This document shows positions 28,373-40,867 of a stretch of 64,000 nucleotides of DNA, in pieces. Positions within the stretch are counted from its first letter, which is position 1; each line of letters opens with the position of its first letter. Both the position numbers and the translations under genes were made by a program. The DNA lies in NCBI GenBank assembly GCA_002269645.1, contig NIVC01000016.1, forward strand, positions 558,001 to 622,000, given 5' to 3'. Under the pieces are notes generated by a model. That model did not search any database, was not told the origin of the DNA, and worked only from the letters and a program-made list of their open reading frames with translations. This DNA comes from Macrostomum lignano (lineage: Eukaryota).

Positions 28373-29539
28373 CAATTCCATTTCAATGCAAATGAATTCC
28401 TACATTACTTACATACACAGCTATTGCAGACAAATTTAGGAAATTTTCCCAGGAACTTGGCCTCTAGAAAAATTACATGATCTTTGAGCTTCACGTCCTG
28501 TTATACTACAATGCGATCCTTGCATCTTAATTCTCCATGTCTTCCTCGCCAAGTTGACCTCTGCAAAGGCAATCTGTCAGGCGGCTGACATTCCTGGCGT
28601 TCTTGTTGTTTCCCACACCCAGTCAGTGGCAGATTTTAAAGAGAATTTTTTGCTTTGCAACATCGCCTCCACTGGTAAGTCCTCCGTGAGAGACCTTAAT
28701 AGACGCGACCGGCAGGACTAATTAGAGTATTGGTGGGACCTTAGCTGTGACTCATCTCTGAGAGATTTCGCATGGGACAAAACACTTGTCCAATACAGCA
28801 GCCGCTCCAAGCCGCGCGGTTGATGATTTCTCATCTGAGCTGACTGGCTGCTGCTAAATGCAATATTTCTAGACAAGAGGTCCTCAGCTCTCCACTGCTC
28901 AATGAAGTCACAAAGCCTAATATATCGAGCTTGTAGTTAGGTGTGCTTGGAGCAGAGCGTGGCTTTGAGAGTTCGCACCCAGACCGAAACTAGCAAATCC
29001 CAATTACCGCACCAGTCAGTGGCCAGGGATTTTTATCCCCTCCCCCTATCGAGCTCTCGTGCGCTTCCGTCGAACACACAGAGCAGCTTGGAAAAGATTG
29101 CCAATTCCCAAGGCGGGCAACCCTCGATTTACTCCCCATCGCCCCCCCATCCTCCCTGATCCCAACCACACTTGCGGCCGAGAAGTCGTGTGAGAGCGAG
29201 AGAGAGAGAGCGAGAGTGACTCCCAGAGCTGCGTATTTGGCGGCCGTGACTGCGGATTCGAAGGGATTTGGCTTCGGCTCAAAGGCTGGACTGAGTGACG
29301 TAATCCTTGGTTGGTAGCAGGCCTTTTTTGTCTCGGATTTGGGCGAAGCAGATCAGGCAGCGGCAGCAGCAATAAGCCTTCCTTTGCACTGCTTTTATTA
29401 CATTCCATTTCTGATTATCGCTTGCTCAATCCTCCCGCCCTCTCGCTTCCCCTGACTCGAGTCAACTCTTATAGTGTGTAAATTATTCCCAATATATTAT
29501 TATGAGACTGTTTACTCCCTGACGCACTCATCTTGTCAC

Positions 29540-29870
29540 CCCTCCCTCTCATCCCACCATCTCACCCCTTCCTCTCATCCCTCTCATCCCACCATCCCTT
29601 CCTCTCATCCCTCTCATCCCACCATCTCACCCCTCCCTCTCATCCCTCTCATCCCTACCTCTCATCCCACTATCTCATCCCTTCCTCTCATCTCTCTCAT
29701 CCCACTATCCCTTCCTCTCACCCCTCTCATCCCACCATCTCATCCCTTCCTCTCATCCCTCTCATCCCATTATTTCATCCCTTCCTCTCATACCTCTCAT
29801 CCCACCATCTCATCCCTTCCTCTCATTCCCCGTCTAACCGATCCCTCTCACTTCTCCCTTCATCCCTCTC
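29540..29870. repeat. CT-rich degenerate array (CTCATCCC units)
   Basis: Direct reading. Confidence 0.85.
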
Positions 29871-30648
29871 TCTCAGACCCAAGCCTCGCCCACTGCCTCT
29901 CAACTTCTGTTTACACACCGAACTCACTGTGCTCACCTGAGTGCCCGCAGTCGCAGGATTCGCTGCCGTCTCCCCTGGCGCCCCCTCAGCTCTTGAATAA
30001 TTTTCCCATCAGGACTCAGCAGCAACAGGGGGTCATTTGAGAGGCTGAGGTCTTCAGCCTTCCCTCTGCCCTTTCATTTGGCTCGTGCCAGGGCAGCCTC
30101 CGCCTGCACTAATAAAGGGTCTCAGGGCATCTGTGCTTTTCCTGTGTCATGCCTTCAGCTTCCTCTCAGAGATGCTAATCCTGATGAAGTTTCTAGGGGC
30201 AATTCTAACTCTATAGAGATACGTGAAAACGATTTGACAATTAGAAAGGCAAAAAAATCTTTAACAGCCGAGCTGTCAATCAATCACTTTGGAGAGCTTA
30301 ATCACGGCCACGGATCGGTTCGGGAGGAAATATTTAATAACGAGTTGAGCCCTCCATGATAGGTGCTCCCCTGTGCTCAAGTGGACCTGTGGAGAGCAGA
30401 GGGGGCGGGCGAGTTTCCCCAATCTCCGCTGTGTTGACCTTCTCCAGAGCTGGGGTAGCCTGGAATTCGTTCACGTGACTGGTATTATTGCTCAATCAAT
30501 ACTTGAGCTCACTCGAGACAGACAGATCAGTCTGCTCACAGGAATATGGCTGAGAGTCCAGGCTAGTTTAAATAGGGACTGAAGTAAGCATATTGCTGGC
30601 CTGGACTTCGAGAGAGATTCAGTTATATAGATGGGTAGGCAGAGACAT

Positions 30649-30984
<336 letters not shown>

Positions 30985-31296
30985 TAGGAAATCTGGCGGC
31001 AGGGGATTAAAGTGTCTCTAATATTGCCCCGATCATAAATCGAATGTGTGTGCAGTGGCACCCACTGCAGTCGGGGCGTTGACAGCGGATCCCTTATTGA
31101 AGCGGTCAGCCAAGCGGAATGGTCTGTCAAGTTTCCGCAGAGATCCATGACGTCATCAAATTGCCAATAGAATCCGATGATCTCTTGAGCTGCTATATGA
31201 GTATAGCCAGTCGCGTTACTTCAAGCAGAATGGTAAATACTGACAGAGGGTGATGAACAGGGCTGTCTGGCCTAAAGACTGCTGACGCTTCTCCAA

Positions 31297-32510
31297 ATTG
31301 CTCAAAGCTTCTTCAAATTGCTCAAAGCTTCTTCAAATTGCTCAAAGCTTCTTCAAATTGCTCAAAGCTTCTTCAAATTGCTCAAAGCTTTTTCAGATTG
31401 CTCAAAGCTTCTTCAGATTGCTCAAAGCTTCTTCAAATTGCTCAAAGCTTCTTCTAATTGCTCAAAGCTTCTTCAAATTGCTCAAAGCTTCTTCCAATTG
31501 CTCAAAGCTTCTTCAGATTGCTCAAAGCTTCTTCCAATTGCTCAAAGCTTCTTCAGATTGCTCAAAGCTTCTTCTAATTGCTCAAAGCTTCTTCAGATTG
31601 CTCAAAGCTTCTTCAGATTGCTCATAGCTTCTTCAGATTGCTCAAAGCTTCTTCAGATTGCTCAAAGCTTCTTCAGATTGCTCAAAGCTTCTTCAGATTG
31701 CTCAAAGCTTCTTCCAATTGCTCAAAGCTTCTTCCAATTGCTCAAAGCTTCTTCCAATTGCTCAAAGCTTCTTCAAATTGCTCAAAGCTTCTTCAGATTG
31801 CTCAAAGCTTCTTCAGATTGCTCAAAGCTTCTTCCAATTGCTCAAAGCTTCTTCAGATTGCTCAAAGCTTCTTCAGATTGCTCAAAGCTTCTTCAGATTG
31901 CTCAAAGCTTCTTCAGATTGCTCAAAGCTTCTTCAGATTGCTCAAAGCTTCTTCCAATTGCTCAAAGCTTCTTCCAATTGCTCAAAGCTTCTTCCAATTG
32001 CTCAAAGCTTCTTCAAATTGCTCAAAGCTTCTTCAGATTGCTCAAAGCTTCTTCAGATTGCTCAAAGCTTCTTCCAATTGCTCAAAGCTTCTTCAGATTG
32101 CTCAAAGCTTCTTCAGATTGCTCAAAGCTTCTTCAGATTGCTCAAAGCTTCTTCAGATTGCTCAAAGCTTCTTCAGATTGCTCAAAGCTTCTTCAGATTG
32201 CTCAAAGCTTCTTCTAATTGCTCAAAGCTTCTTCAGATTGCTCAAAGCTTCTTCCAATTGCTCAAAGCTTCTTCCAATTGCTCAAAGCTTCTTCAGATTG
32301 CTCAAAGCTTCTTCAGATTGCTCAAAGCTTCTTCTAATTGCTCAAAGCTTCTTCAGATTGCTCAAAGCTTCTTCAGATTGCTCATAGCTTCTTCAGATTG
32401 CTCAAAGCTGCTTCAGGTGCCTCAAAGCTGCTTCAGGTGCCTCAAAGCTGCTTCAGGTGCCTCAAAGCTGCTTCAGGTGCCTCAAAGCTGCTTCAGGTGC
32501 CTCAAAGCTT
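31297..32510. repeat. 20-bp minisatellite TTGCTCAAAGCTTCTTC(AG/CA/AA/TA)A with a 240-bp higher-order repeat
   Basis: About 60 copies; 31681-31920 equals 31921-32160; a terminal variant CTCAAAGCTGCTTCAGGTGC occurs about 5 times. Confidence 0.97.
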
Positions 32511-33212
32511 CAGATGACTGCCAGAAAGCATAATATTATGTTTTAAAGAAACTGAGACCCTGATTCGGTCTGAGCACACAGACTGCAGCCAAATGATCTT
32601 TGAGAGTCACTCTCCGACCTGCTGCTCAAACATCGCTGGTTTTGGTTCAGTCCCAAGAACGCTTTTAGGCTTTAGTTAACCTGCCCTACCTCTGTTTCAC
32701 TGACTTAAAAAATGAGCCCACCCCCAGATCAAACAGATCAAAAAACGGGAAATTGTTCCCTACTACAGCGATCAGACAAGGATAAATATATTCCCACAAC
32801 ATCAAGGTTCGTACCTGGCTCTCCCCCAGTGACTCAGTGTCATGTCAATTCGTTCCTGTCCGAAACAGCTTTATATCAGGGTCAGGTCTCGGGGGAAAGG
32901 TTGATTGGGGAACTCGTGTTTACCCAGGATTTTCCAGCGTAGAAGGAAGGCTTGAGGTGGGGATTCAAATCCCAGGACTTTCGCTTTGTGCTGAGTGAGC
33001 GTTATTTTTCAGCAGGGGGGACAAAAAGTGAACTTAAAAATGTTTTGAATTTCTTGTCGGGGAAAAAATCCCACAAGAGCGGAATAGATTTATGGCGTCT
33101 GGGAACTGGGACCCGCTCCGGCAACTGCATTATTATAAAGAATTTGCAACAATGCTAGAGTAGTCATGATGGGTAAGTGCTGGAATACTAGTATACTAGC
33201 ACGCTTCATTCA

Positions 33213-33912
33213 AACTTATTCTCTGCGCGCTTATTCTCTGCGCGCTTATTCTCTGCGCGCTTATTCTATGCACGCTTATTCTCTGCGCGCTTAATTTCTG
33301 TGCGCTTATTTTCTGCGCGCTTAATTCCTGCGCGCTTATTCTCTGCGCGCTTAATTTCTGTGCGCTTATTCTCTGCGCGCTTATTCTCTGCGCGATTATT
33401 CTCTGCGCGCTTATTCTCTGCGCGCTTATTCTCTGCGCGATTATTCTCTGCGCGCTTATTCTCTGCGCGCTTATTCTCTGTGTGCTTATTCTCTGCACGC
33501 TTATTCTCTGCACGCTTATTATATGCGCGCTTATTCTCTGTGCGCTTATTCTCTGCGCGCTTATTCTCTGCGCGATTATTCTCTGCGCGCTTATTCTCTG
33601 CGCGCTTATTCTCTGCGCGATTATTCTCTGCGCGCTTATTCTCTGCGCGCTTATTCTCTGTGTGCTTATTCTCTGTGTGCTTATTCTCTGCGCGATTATT
33701 CTCTGTGCGCTTATTCTCTGCGCGCTTATTCTCTGCGCGATTATTCTCTGTGCGCTTATTCTCTGCGCGCTTATTCTCTGCGCGATTATTCTCTGCGCGC
33801 TAATTTTTTACGCGCTTATTCTCTGCGCGCTTGTTCTCTGCGCGCTTATTCTCTGCGCGCTTATTTTTTACGCTCTTGTTTATTTTCACGCTTATTCCTT
33901 GACGCGCTTATT
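33213..33912. repeat. 15-bp minisatellite GCGCGCTTATTCTCT
   Basis: About 46 copies. Confidence 0.95.
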
Positions 33913-34585
33913 TCCGTAGCGCCTCGAATCTAGAATAATCTGTACTCCAGTCTACCAGGGTATAATATATCGCAGTTCTGATAACCCAAGCCTAAACCCC
34001 ACAATGCTTATCTCAAACGCATTCCAAAGCGGATCAATCAATCGATATAATTGTCTTCAAGCGGGCACATTTGAGCAGGCAAACAAAAGCGAGGACTCCT
34101 GTCTCAGTTTTCAGAACGTGACACAATAAATGAGTTCGGGGATTAAGACAGTTCTGGTCAAGTGTTGATCCGGCAGGCAGCAAATCCCCTGAACTGCTGT
34201 TGTTGGGACCTTCTGTTATCATTATAGCCAATCAGCTGACAAAACTCCGAGCTCAGGTCCTTTGTGCTTTCGGAATTTCCAGACCAACACCCTGCAGTCT
34301 GTCCGCCACACCTGGATGCGATCGGGGTGACTAATTCCGCCAACAATTTCTTCTTCTTCTGCAAATTTAAAAAAGCAACAGACCGAAAGCTGAAAGAAAA
34401 ACAGAAAGTGAAAAAAAGGAGACTAAAATTTTGCTTTCGGAAACTTGTGGGAGGTGCGGGCTCCAGTTCCAGCTTCAGCATTGTAAAATCAGAGAAAGCA
34501 GAAACAGCACCAACATATTATAAGCTTCTTTAGCGCGCTGCTTCCACTGCCTTGAACATGATTGCCGATTGGCAAACTATCTATA

Positions 34586-35195
34586 CTGACACTTCCCCTA
34601 CTGACACTTCCCCGTCCTGACACTTCTCAGCCCCTGCAATTCCCAGTCATGACACTTCTCAGCCCCTGGCACTTCCCAGTCATGACACTTCTCAGCCCCT
34701 GACACTTCCCAGTCCTGACACTTCTCAGCCCCTGACACTTCCTAGTCCAGTCCTGACACTTCTCAGCCCCTGGCACTTCCCAGTCCTGACACTTCTCAGC
34801 CCCTGGCACTTCCCAGTCCTGACACTTCTCAGCCCCTGGCACTTCCCAGTCCTGACACTTCTCAGCCCCTGACACTTCCTAGTCCAGTCCTGACACTTCT
34901 CAGCCCCTGGCACTTCCCAGTCCTGACACTTCTCAGCCCCTGGCACTTCCCAGTCCTGACACTTCCCAGTCCTGACACTTCTCAGCCCCTGACACTTCCT
35001 AGTCCAGTCCTGACACTTCTCAGCCCCTGGCACTTCCCAGTCCTGACACTTCCCAGTCCTGACACTTCTCAGCCCCTGACACTTCCTAGTCCAGTCCTGA
35101 CACTTCTCAGCCCCTGGCACTTCCCAGTCCTGACACTTCCCAGTCCTGACACTTCCCAGTCCTGACACTTCCCAGTCCTGACACTTCGGAGCCCC
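34586..35195. repeat. 16/17-bp composite minisatellite CCTGACACTTCCCAGT / CCTGACACTTCTCAGCC
   Basis: Direct reading. Confidence 0.93.
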
Positions 35196-36159
35196 TGAAA
35201 CCTCCCTGCGCTACTGCTCACTACTGCTCCACACGCATCCGCTGACCATCAGCTGGATGAAGCAGCCAAAAGAATGGCAATAAATTTCTGTCTAACCTGT
35301 CACTTTCATCCCCACTCATCATCATTAACAGGCCGCACTCTGCAGCTCCCCCTCTCCTAATCCTATCTGTCAGTTCTCTCAAACAAAGGGCCAAGCCATC
35401 CCAGTCGCGTGGACAAGAGGTCGCTGCCCTCTCGGCGTTAATCCAGTTGAGTTTCCAGCAGCCACGCAGCCTCATCAGTCTCTGCTGTTCGGCATTCTCA
35501 TCGCCCTGTCACAGACTCAAGTCAGATTTTGGCGAGATAAATAATTCAGAAACAATAGACTGGAGCGATCACGGCACTCAAAAATACCCTGTCTTCCCAA
35601 ATCCCCAAAACACAGTGAGGATGAGTACAATGGAATAGTCACAAAATCTCCCCATGATGGGATTCTACTTCGTATACTCAAATTATTGTCCCCTCGGGTT
35701 AGTCCTCACCTACCACGACAACTTCCACACCCCGCGGCAAACTGCGATTGCACTCACTACTGAATCGATGAAGGAAAATGCCCATGGCAACGAAAATAAG
35801 AGATGAAGAGTTTTGCCGATTAATTGACTGATTGATTAGCAGTGTATTTGGCGGCGGAAGTTGGCTAATATGAGAATGTGTCAGCCTGAGGTGCGCAATT
35901 TGCAGTTTTGTTAATCGATTTGCCGACCATTCTTTGATGGCCGGGATGCTGTATTTCTATAGTACTCATCCAGCCATGCTGACAAGTTGGCGCTGGCGCC
36001 ATCAGAGATGGGGCTGAAATGATTTTTGGTTTGACATAAAATCTCATTCCTGCTCAGTGCTCATTCATTCCTCTCTTTACTTCTCTTAGCCTGTCTCATC
36101 TCTCTCTCTCTCCTGTCTCTCTCCTATCTGCTCATGAATCTCCCTCTTACCTCTCACCT

Positions 36160-36800
36160 CTCCTTCTGACCTCTCTCCCCCTCTCCCTCTGACCTCTCTC
36201 CCCCTCTCCCTCTGACCTCTCTCCCCCTCTCCCTCTGACCTCTCTCCCCCTCTCCCTCTGACCTCTCTCCCCCTCTCCCTCTGACCTCTCTCCCCCTCTC
36301 CCTCTGACCTCTCTCCCCCTCTCCCTCTGACCTCTCTCCCCCTCTCCCTCTGACCTCTCTCCCCCACTCCCTCTGACCTCTCTCCCCCTCTCCCTCTGAC
36401 CTCTCTCCCCCTCTCCCTCTGACCTCTCTCCCCCTCTCCCTCTGACCTCTCTCCCCCTCTCCCTCTGACCTCTCTCCCCCACTCCCTCTGACCTCTCTCC
36501 CCCTCTCCCTCTGACCTCTCTCCCCCTCTCCCTCTGACCTCTCTGCCCCTCTCCATCTGACCTCTCTCCCCCTTCTCCCTCTGACCTCTCTCGCCCTCTC
36601 CATCTGACCTCTCTCCCCCTCTCCCTCTGACCTCTCTCCCTCTGACCTCTCTCGCCCTCTCCCTCTGACCTCTCTGCCCCTCTCCATCTGACCTCTCTCC
36701 CCCTTCTCCCTCTGACCTCTCTCCCCCTCTCCCTCTGACCTCTCTCCCCCTCTCCCTCTGACCTCTCTTCCCTCTCCCTCACCTCTCTCCCCCTAACCTT
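36160..36800. repeat. 23-bp minisatellite CTCTGACCTCTCTCCCCCTCTCC just 3' of the kinase gene
   Basis: Direct reading. Confidence 0.93.
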
Positions 36801-36876
36801 CCTCTCCCCATCCTCTCTCATCTTCAATGGAATCGAATCTCTTCTTACATCAAAGCGCGCAATCCCAGCTTTGCAC

Positions 36877-39826
36877 TCAATTTTCCAGATCCGGTTCGCA
36901 GCTGCTGTAAAATCTGTCGAGTTCCTGCAGCACTCTGGTGGAAGTCGGTCGCTGAGCCGAGTTCAGGGCCAGGCACGGTCTGAACACCCTGTCGCACAGG
37001 TCTAGATAGCACCTGTCGCTGATAAGCAGCCCTGCCTGCGGCGACGGCGGCTGCTGCACTGACGAGTCGCCCAGCAGGCTCAGTCGCAGCTCGGGCTCAC
37101 CGCCGCCAGAGGCGCGCCGGCCGGTGAACAGCTCCAGCAGGGTGACGCCAAGGGCGTACACGTCCACCTTGCAGGACAGGAGCTCGCCAGGTGCGCCTGG
37201 CCTGTCCGGTTCTCCCGGCACGAAGTAGCCATTGGTGAAGTAGCGGATTCTGGGCTGCGAGGACTGCGGCCTGTCTTCCATCCGCGTGAGGCCCGAGCCT
37301 GCGGTGGCCGTCTGATGGGGCAGGAATGGAGACTGTGATGAGGCTGCTTATAGGGACAATTTGGAATCATTCATCCCTCCTTGTTGGCGTTAAACTACAG
37401 TGGTCCTTGGCGTTATACTGCAGTGGTCCTTGGTGTTATACTACAGTGGTCCTTGGCGCGGGAGGAGGAAGGGAAGGAGAGTCTGAGACTGAGAACGGAG
37501 AGCAGCCCCTACTCAGAGGACGGAGCAGCCTCAACTCAGTTGCCTGAGCAGCCGCGATCTCCCCAGACACACCTGCAGGCTGTCCCCGATCTCCCCAACA
37601 CCTGCAGGCTGTCCCCGATCTCCCCAGACACACCTGCAGGCTGTCCCCGATCTCCCCAGACGCACCTGCAGGCTGTCCCCGATCTCCTCAGACGCACCTG
37701 CAGGCTGTCCCCGATCTCCCCAGACACACCTGCAGGCTGTCCCCGATCTCCCCAACACCTGCAGGCTGTCCCCGATCTCCCCAGACACACCTGCAGGCTG
37801 TCCCCGATCTCCCCAGACACACCTGCAGGCTGCCCCCGATCTCCCCAGACACACCTGCAGGCTGTCCCCGATCTCCCCAGACACACCTGCAGGCTGTCCA
37901 GGTCACCCAGCTTGCAGTGCCAGTCAGCAGTGAGCAGCACGTTGGTGCTCTTCACATCCTGGTGCGCCAGGCTGAAGCTGCGCCAGTCGCCAGCCGCTGC
38001 GGCTTCGACCTCCTGCCGGCTGTGCAGGAAGTCCAGGGCGCTGGCCAGCTCGTGCGCCATCCGGATTCGAACTCCGGCCAGCTGGAACTCGCAGGCGGGC
38101 GGTGCCCGGCCGGCGGCGAAGTCGTCAATCAGCTGCCGCAGGTTGCCGGCCTCGCACAGCTCGTAGACCAGCAGGAGGTCGCCGCCCGCCGCCTCGCCGC
38201 GGTGAGCGAAGCCGAGCAGCGACAGCAGCCGGGGATGGCGGAGGCCCGCCTGGCGCCGCAGCGCCTCCAGCGGGATGCCCGCAGAGTCGGGCAGCAGCTT
38301 CTTGACGGCGACCGGCCGCCCTGCCAGGTTCACCCGGTACACGCGGCCGAAGCTGCCGGCTCCGAGCTCCTCGCCGACCTGGCGGACCGCGGCATCCAGC
38401 TCGGCGAAGCTGAACTCCTGCAGCCCGGCCTCACCGTCCTCGGCCTCGGCCGCGGCCAGCAGCGTCTGCAGGCGGCCCCGCAGCACCGCGGCGGTGCACC
38501 TCTCGGCGAAGTTGTGCAGCAGGCAGGGCGCCACGGCTTCTCTGCAGACGCGGGCGTGCAGACCTGCGGACAGCCGCAGCCCCGGCTGAGGCGGCGGAGC
38601 CCGACCGTCGGCCAGGGCCCAGCAGAGCCAGGACTCCTCCGGAGTGTCGCTGCTGGCGGGCTGGCCGCGCAGGCCGGTGAGCAGCTCCAAGATGGTGACC
38701 CCGGTGCTGAAGACGTCCCACTTGCAGGTGACTCGGTCTTCGGGCGGCCGGTAGCCCAGCGTGTGCACTCTGGCCACCTGCTGGGCCCGCTGCTCACCCC
38801 AGACGGTCTGGCCGAGCCCTGCGGTGGTCAGGTCGAGGAAGTCCAGGTCGGCGAGGCGGCAGCGCCAGTCGCCGTCAACCAGGATGTTGCTGGGTTTCAC
38901 ATCCTTGTGCACGAAGCTGAAGCTGAGGAGGCCGGCCCGCTCGTCTCGCGCCATCGACTTCTCCTCGGTGGCGTGCAGGAACTCCACGGCCGAGGCGATG
39001 TCGGTTGCCATGCGGAGCCGCGTGCCGCCCAGGTGAAACCCGCTGGCCACCGCCTCCGCCGACGACCACCAGCTGTGGGGCTCGGCGAACCGGTCGAGCA
39101 GCTGGCGGAGGTCGCCGTTGCTGTGGAAGTCGAACACGGAGTACATGCGGTCGTCGGCGGGCGAGTAGCCGAAGCCGACCAGCCGAGCGATGCTCGGGTG
39201 CCGCAGGCCGCTGAGGGCGCCGATCGACCTGCGGATGGCCTGGCGCGCCTCCTCGCTGATGCCCGGTCGGTAGACCTTCACCGCGTGCTGCCGGCCTTCG
39301 ACCAGCGCTGCCGTCCGGAAGACCTCGGCGAAGCCGCCCGAGCCGATCAGGGAGCCGCAGGCCACGGCGCGCCGGAGCTGCTCCGCCGGGAACTCCAGCG
39401 GCGAGTCGTCTGGTGGAAGCGGAGGCGGAGGCGGAGGCGGGGGCGGGGGCGGGGCAGAGGGGACGGAGGGGGCGGCTCCGCAGTCGTGGGCGGAGGCTGC
39501 CAGGCCTGGTTCAGCAGGTTGGACCGCACGAAGGCCTCGGCTTCGCGAAGTCCTCGACGGCTCAGGACCTCCAGCAGCTCTTCAAGGCTGCAGCTGCGCT
39601 CCCACAGCAGCAGGGCGGCCGCGGCTTCTCCGCCAGGACTCTGGCAGACCAGCAGGGCCTGGTCGGCTGACAGAGGCCGGCCCTCAGAGTCCAGGTAGTC
39701 TTCAACCAGAGCTCGCCAAGATTCGCCTTGCTGCAGCTTGCGGCCCAGGATGGCCCAGGTGGATGGGTAGCGAGCTCGCACCTGGTGCAGTCTGGTGCGC
39801 AGGTTCAGCGGCTGGCGGAGCGGCAT
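36877..39826 (-). CDS. Death domain + tandem (2x) Pelle/IRAK-family kinase protein, about 791 aa; exons 39826-37887 and 37311-36877; 1-nt frameshift at G4 39451-39454
   Basis: ATG at 39826 (MPLRQPLNL). The N-terminal helical domain has a death-fold pattern (WRALVEDY...SPGGEAAAALLLW...SLEELLEVLSRRGLREAEAFV), followed by a poly-Pro linker. Kinase 1: GSGGFA, HAVK, HKDVKPSNILV, ADLD, YRPPE, DVFSTG. Kinase 2: GAGSFG, VAVKK, HQDVKSTNVLL, GDLD, DVYALG. Each is preceded by an RLK/Pelle-type EF(S/P)xxELxxA-like motif. Adding one base to the G4 run (its neighbours are G5) joins the DD frame to the kinase frame. Splice CTGCAG|GT (37887/37886) to CAG|ACG (37312/37311) is phase 0 and gives DLDSLQ-TATAGSG, colinear with kinase 1 DLDFLDLTTAGLG. 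TGA at 36877-36879. Confidence 0.85.
37312..37886 (-). other. 575-nt GT-AG intron in the activation segment of kinase domain 2
   Basis: Donor CAG|GTGTGT; acceptor tccattcctgccccatcag|ACG. Splicing restores colinearity with kinase domain 1. Confidence 0.8.
37555..37899 (-). repeat. 32-bp minisatellite (11 copies) made of the exon/intron donor junction GGGGACAGCCTGCAG|GTGTGTCTGGGGAGATC
   Basis: CTGCAG at 37887, 37855, 37823, 37791, 37759, 37730, 37698, 37666, 37634, 37602 and 37573. Confidence 0.95.
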
Positions 39827-40540
39827 GACGGCCTCTGCGATGCTTGCAGTTAGCTGAGAATTCACTGCTGAGATGAAGGCTGATATGAACTGCCTGCGCC
39901 TTCCGTCTTAGTGCTGCGCCCTGTGCGTATTGTACAGCTGGGGTAGAGTGTGCAGTGGGGTGCAGCTGGCGGTGTGCATTGACTGCCCGCCCTGCACTGC
40001 GCACAGGCTGTGCATCTGCTAAGTTTATTAGCAAGCAGGGGTGGCTGGGTTGCTTCCTGTGAGTGCTTGGGCACTGCTTGAAGGAATGTCCATTCACACC
40101 GCCGTCGAAAAAGCCATAAAGTAAAGGTCACACTTTGGATGTGCAAAGCCATCTGTATCAAAAGCGACGGGTCTATGAAATTTGCTTGCGAGAAGTTTTC
40201 TTGCCGAACTTTGCTTGCCGAGATTTGCCAGCCACAGTTTTCTTGCGGAACCTTAAAGAACCTATTATTGAGCTCTTGTATTTCTAATTTTTATTTTCTA
40301 AGATTCGTGGAAGTCGCCTATAGTGTTATGATTTTGTATGAGGATATGGCGGATTTGAAAAGCCCTAATGCAGAAATAGAAAAATTTAGTTTTTTACTAT
40401 GAACATATTTTCAACAAAAATTGGACACAATTTCGAACAATGCACATATCGAATGATTTAGGCAGCGAAATGTACAGAATATATTTTTTTGCAAATTAAC
40501 GTAACATTGTACATCAATTTACATCATTTCAATATACTAA

Positions 40541-40657
40541 GGGCCCGTTCTATAAAGCCATCGTAAGATAAGATCGTTCTTAGCTCACATCTCCGTAGTG
40601 TAAAAGTTCCGACGTACGATCGAACTTACGCTACGACAGCTTTATAAGTACGACCCC
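40541..40657. mobile_element. PIF/Harbinger (Tourist-like) MITE, 117 bp, nested in a larger TIR element
   Basis: Imperfect TIRs GGGCCCGTTC-TATAAAGC / GGGGTCGTACTTATAAAGC; TAA TSD on both sides (40538-40540, 40658-40660). Confidence 0.8.
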
Positions 40658-40867
40658 TAAACTCTTAGAATGAAACTCTATAAGCCTAGTTTGAAAGCTC
40701 AGTGTCAAGTCAGTTTACGTCGACGCTGATAAGAATCCACTTAACTTGCAAAGCATCTGTAGTAAGTAATAATTGACGGACCAACTTCACAAGCAATCAA
40801 AACAAGCAAGCAGACAAGAAAATATTCTAATTGTGATTGCGAATTTCTAGGAAGCAGACATCAAAAT

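Noticed and set aside
32950-33010. Minus-strand tRNA/B-box-like string (GCGAAAGTCCTGGGATTTGAATCCC)
   Set aside because: No A-box, acceptor stem or cloverleaf; at best a decayed SINE fragment.
37917-39698. 593-aa plus-strand ORF and other overlapping ORFs across the kinase and zinc-finger genes
   Set aside because: Antisense or alternative-frame shadows of GC-rich coding sequence.
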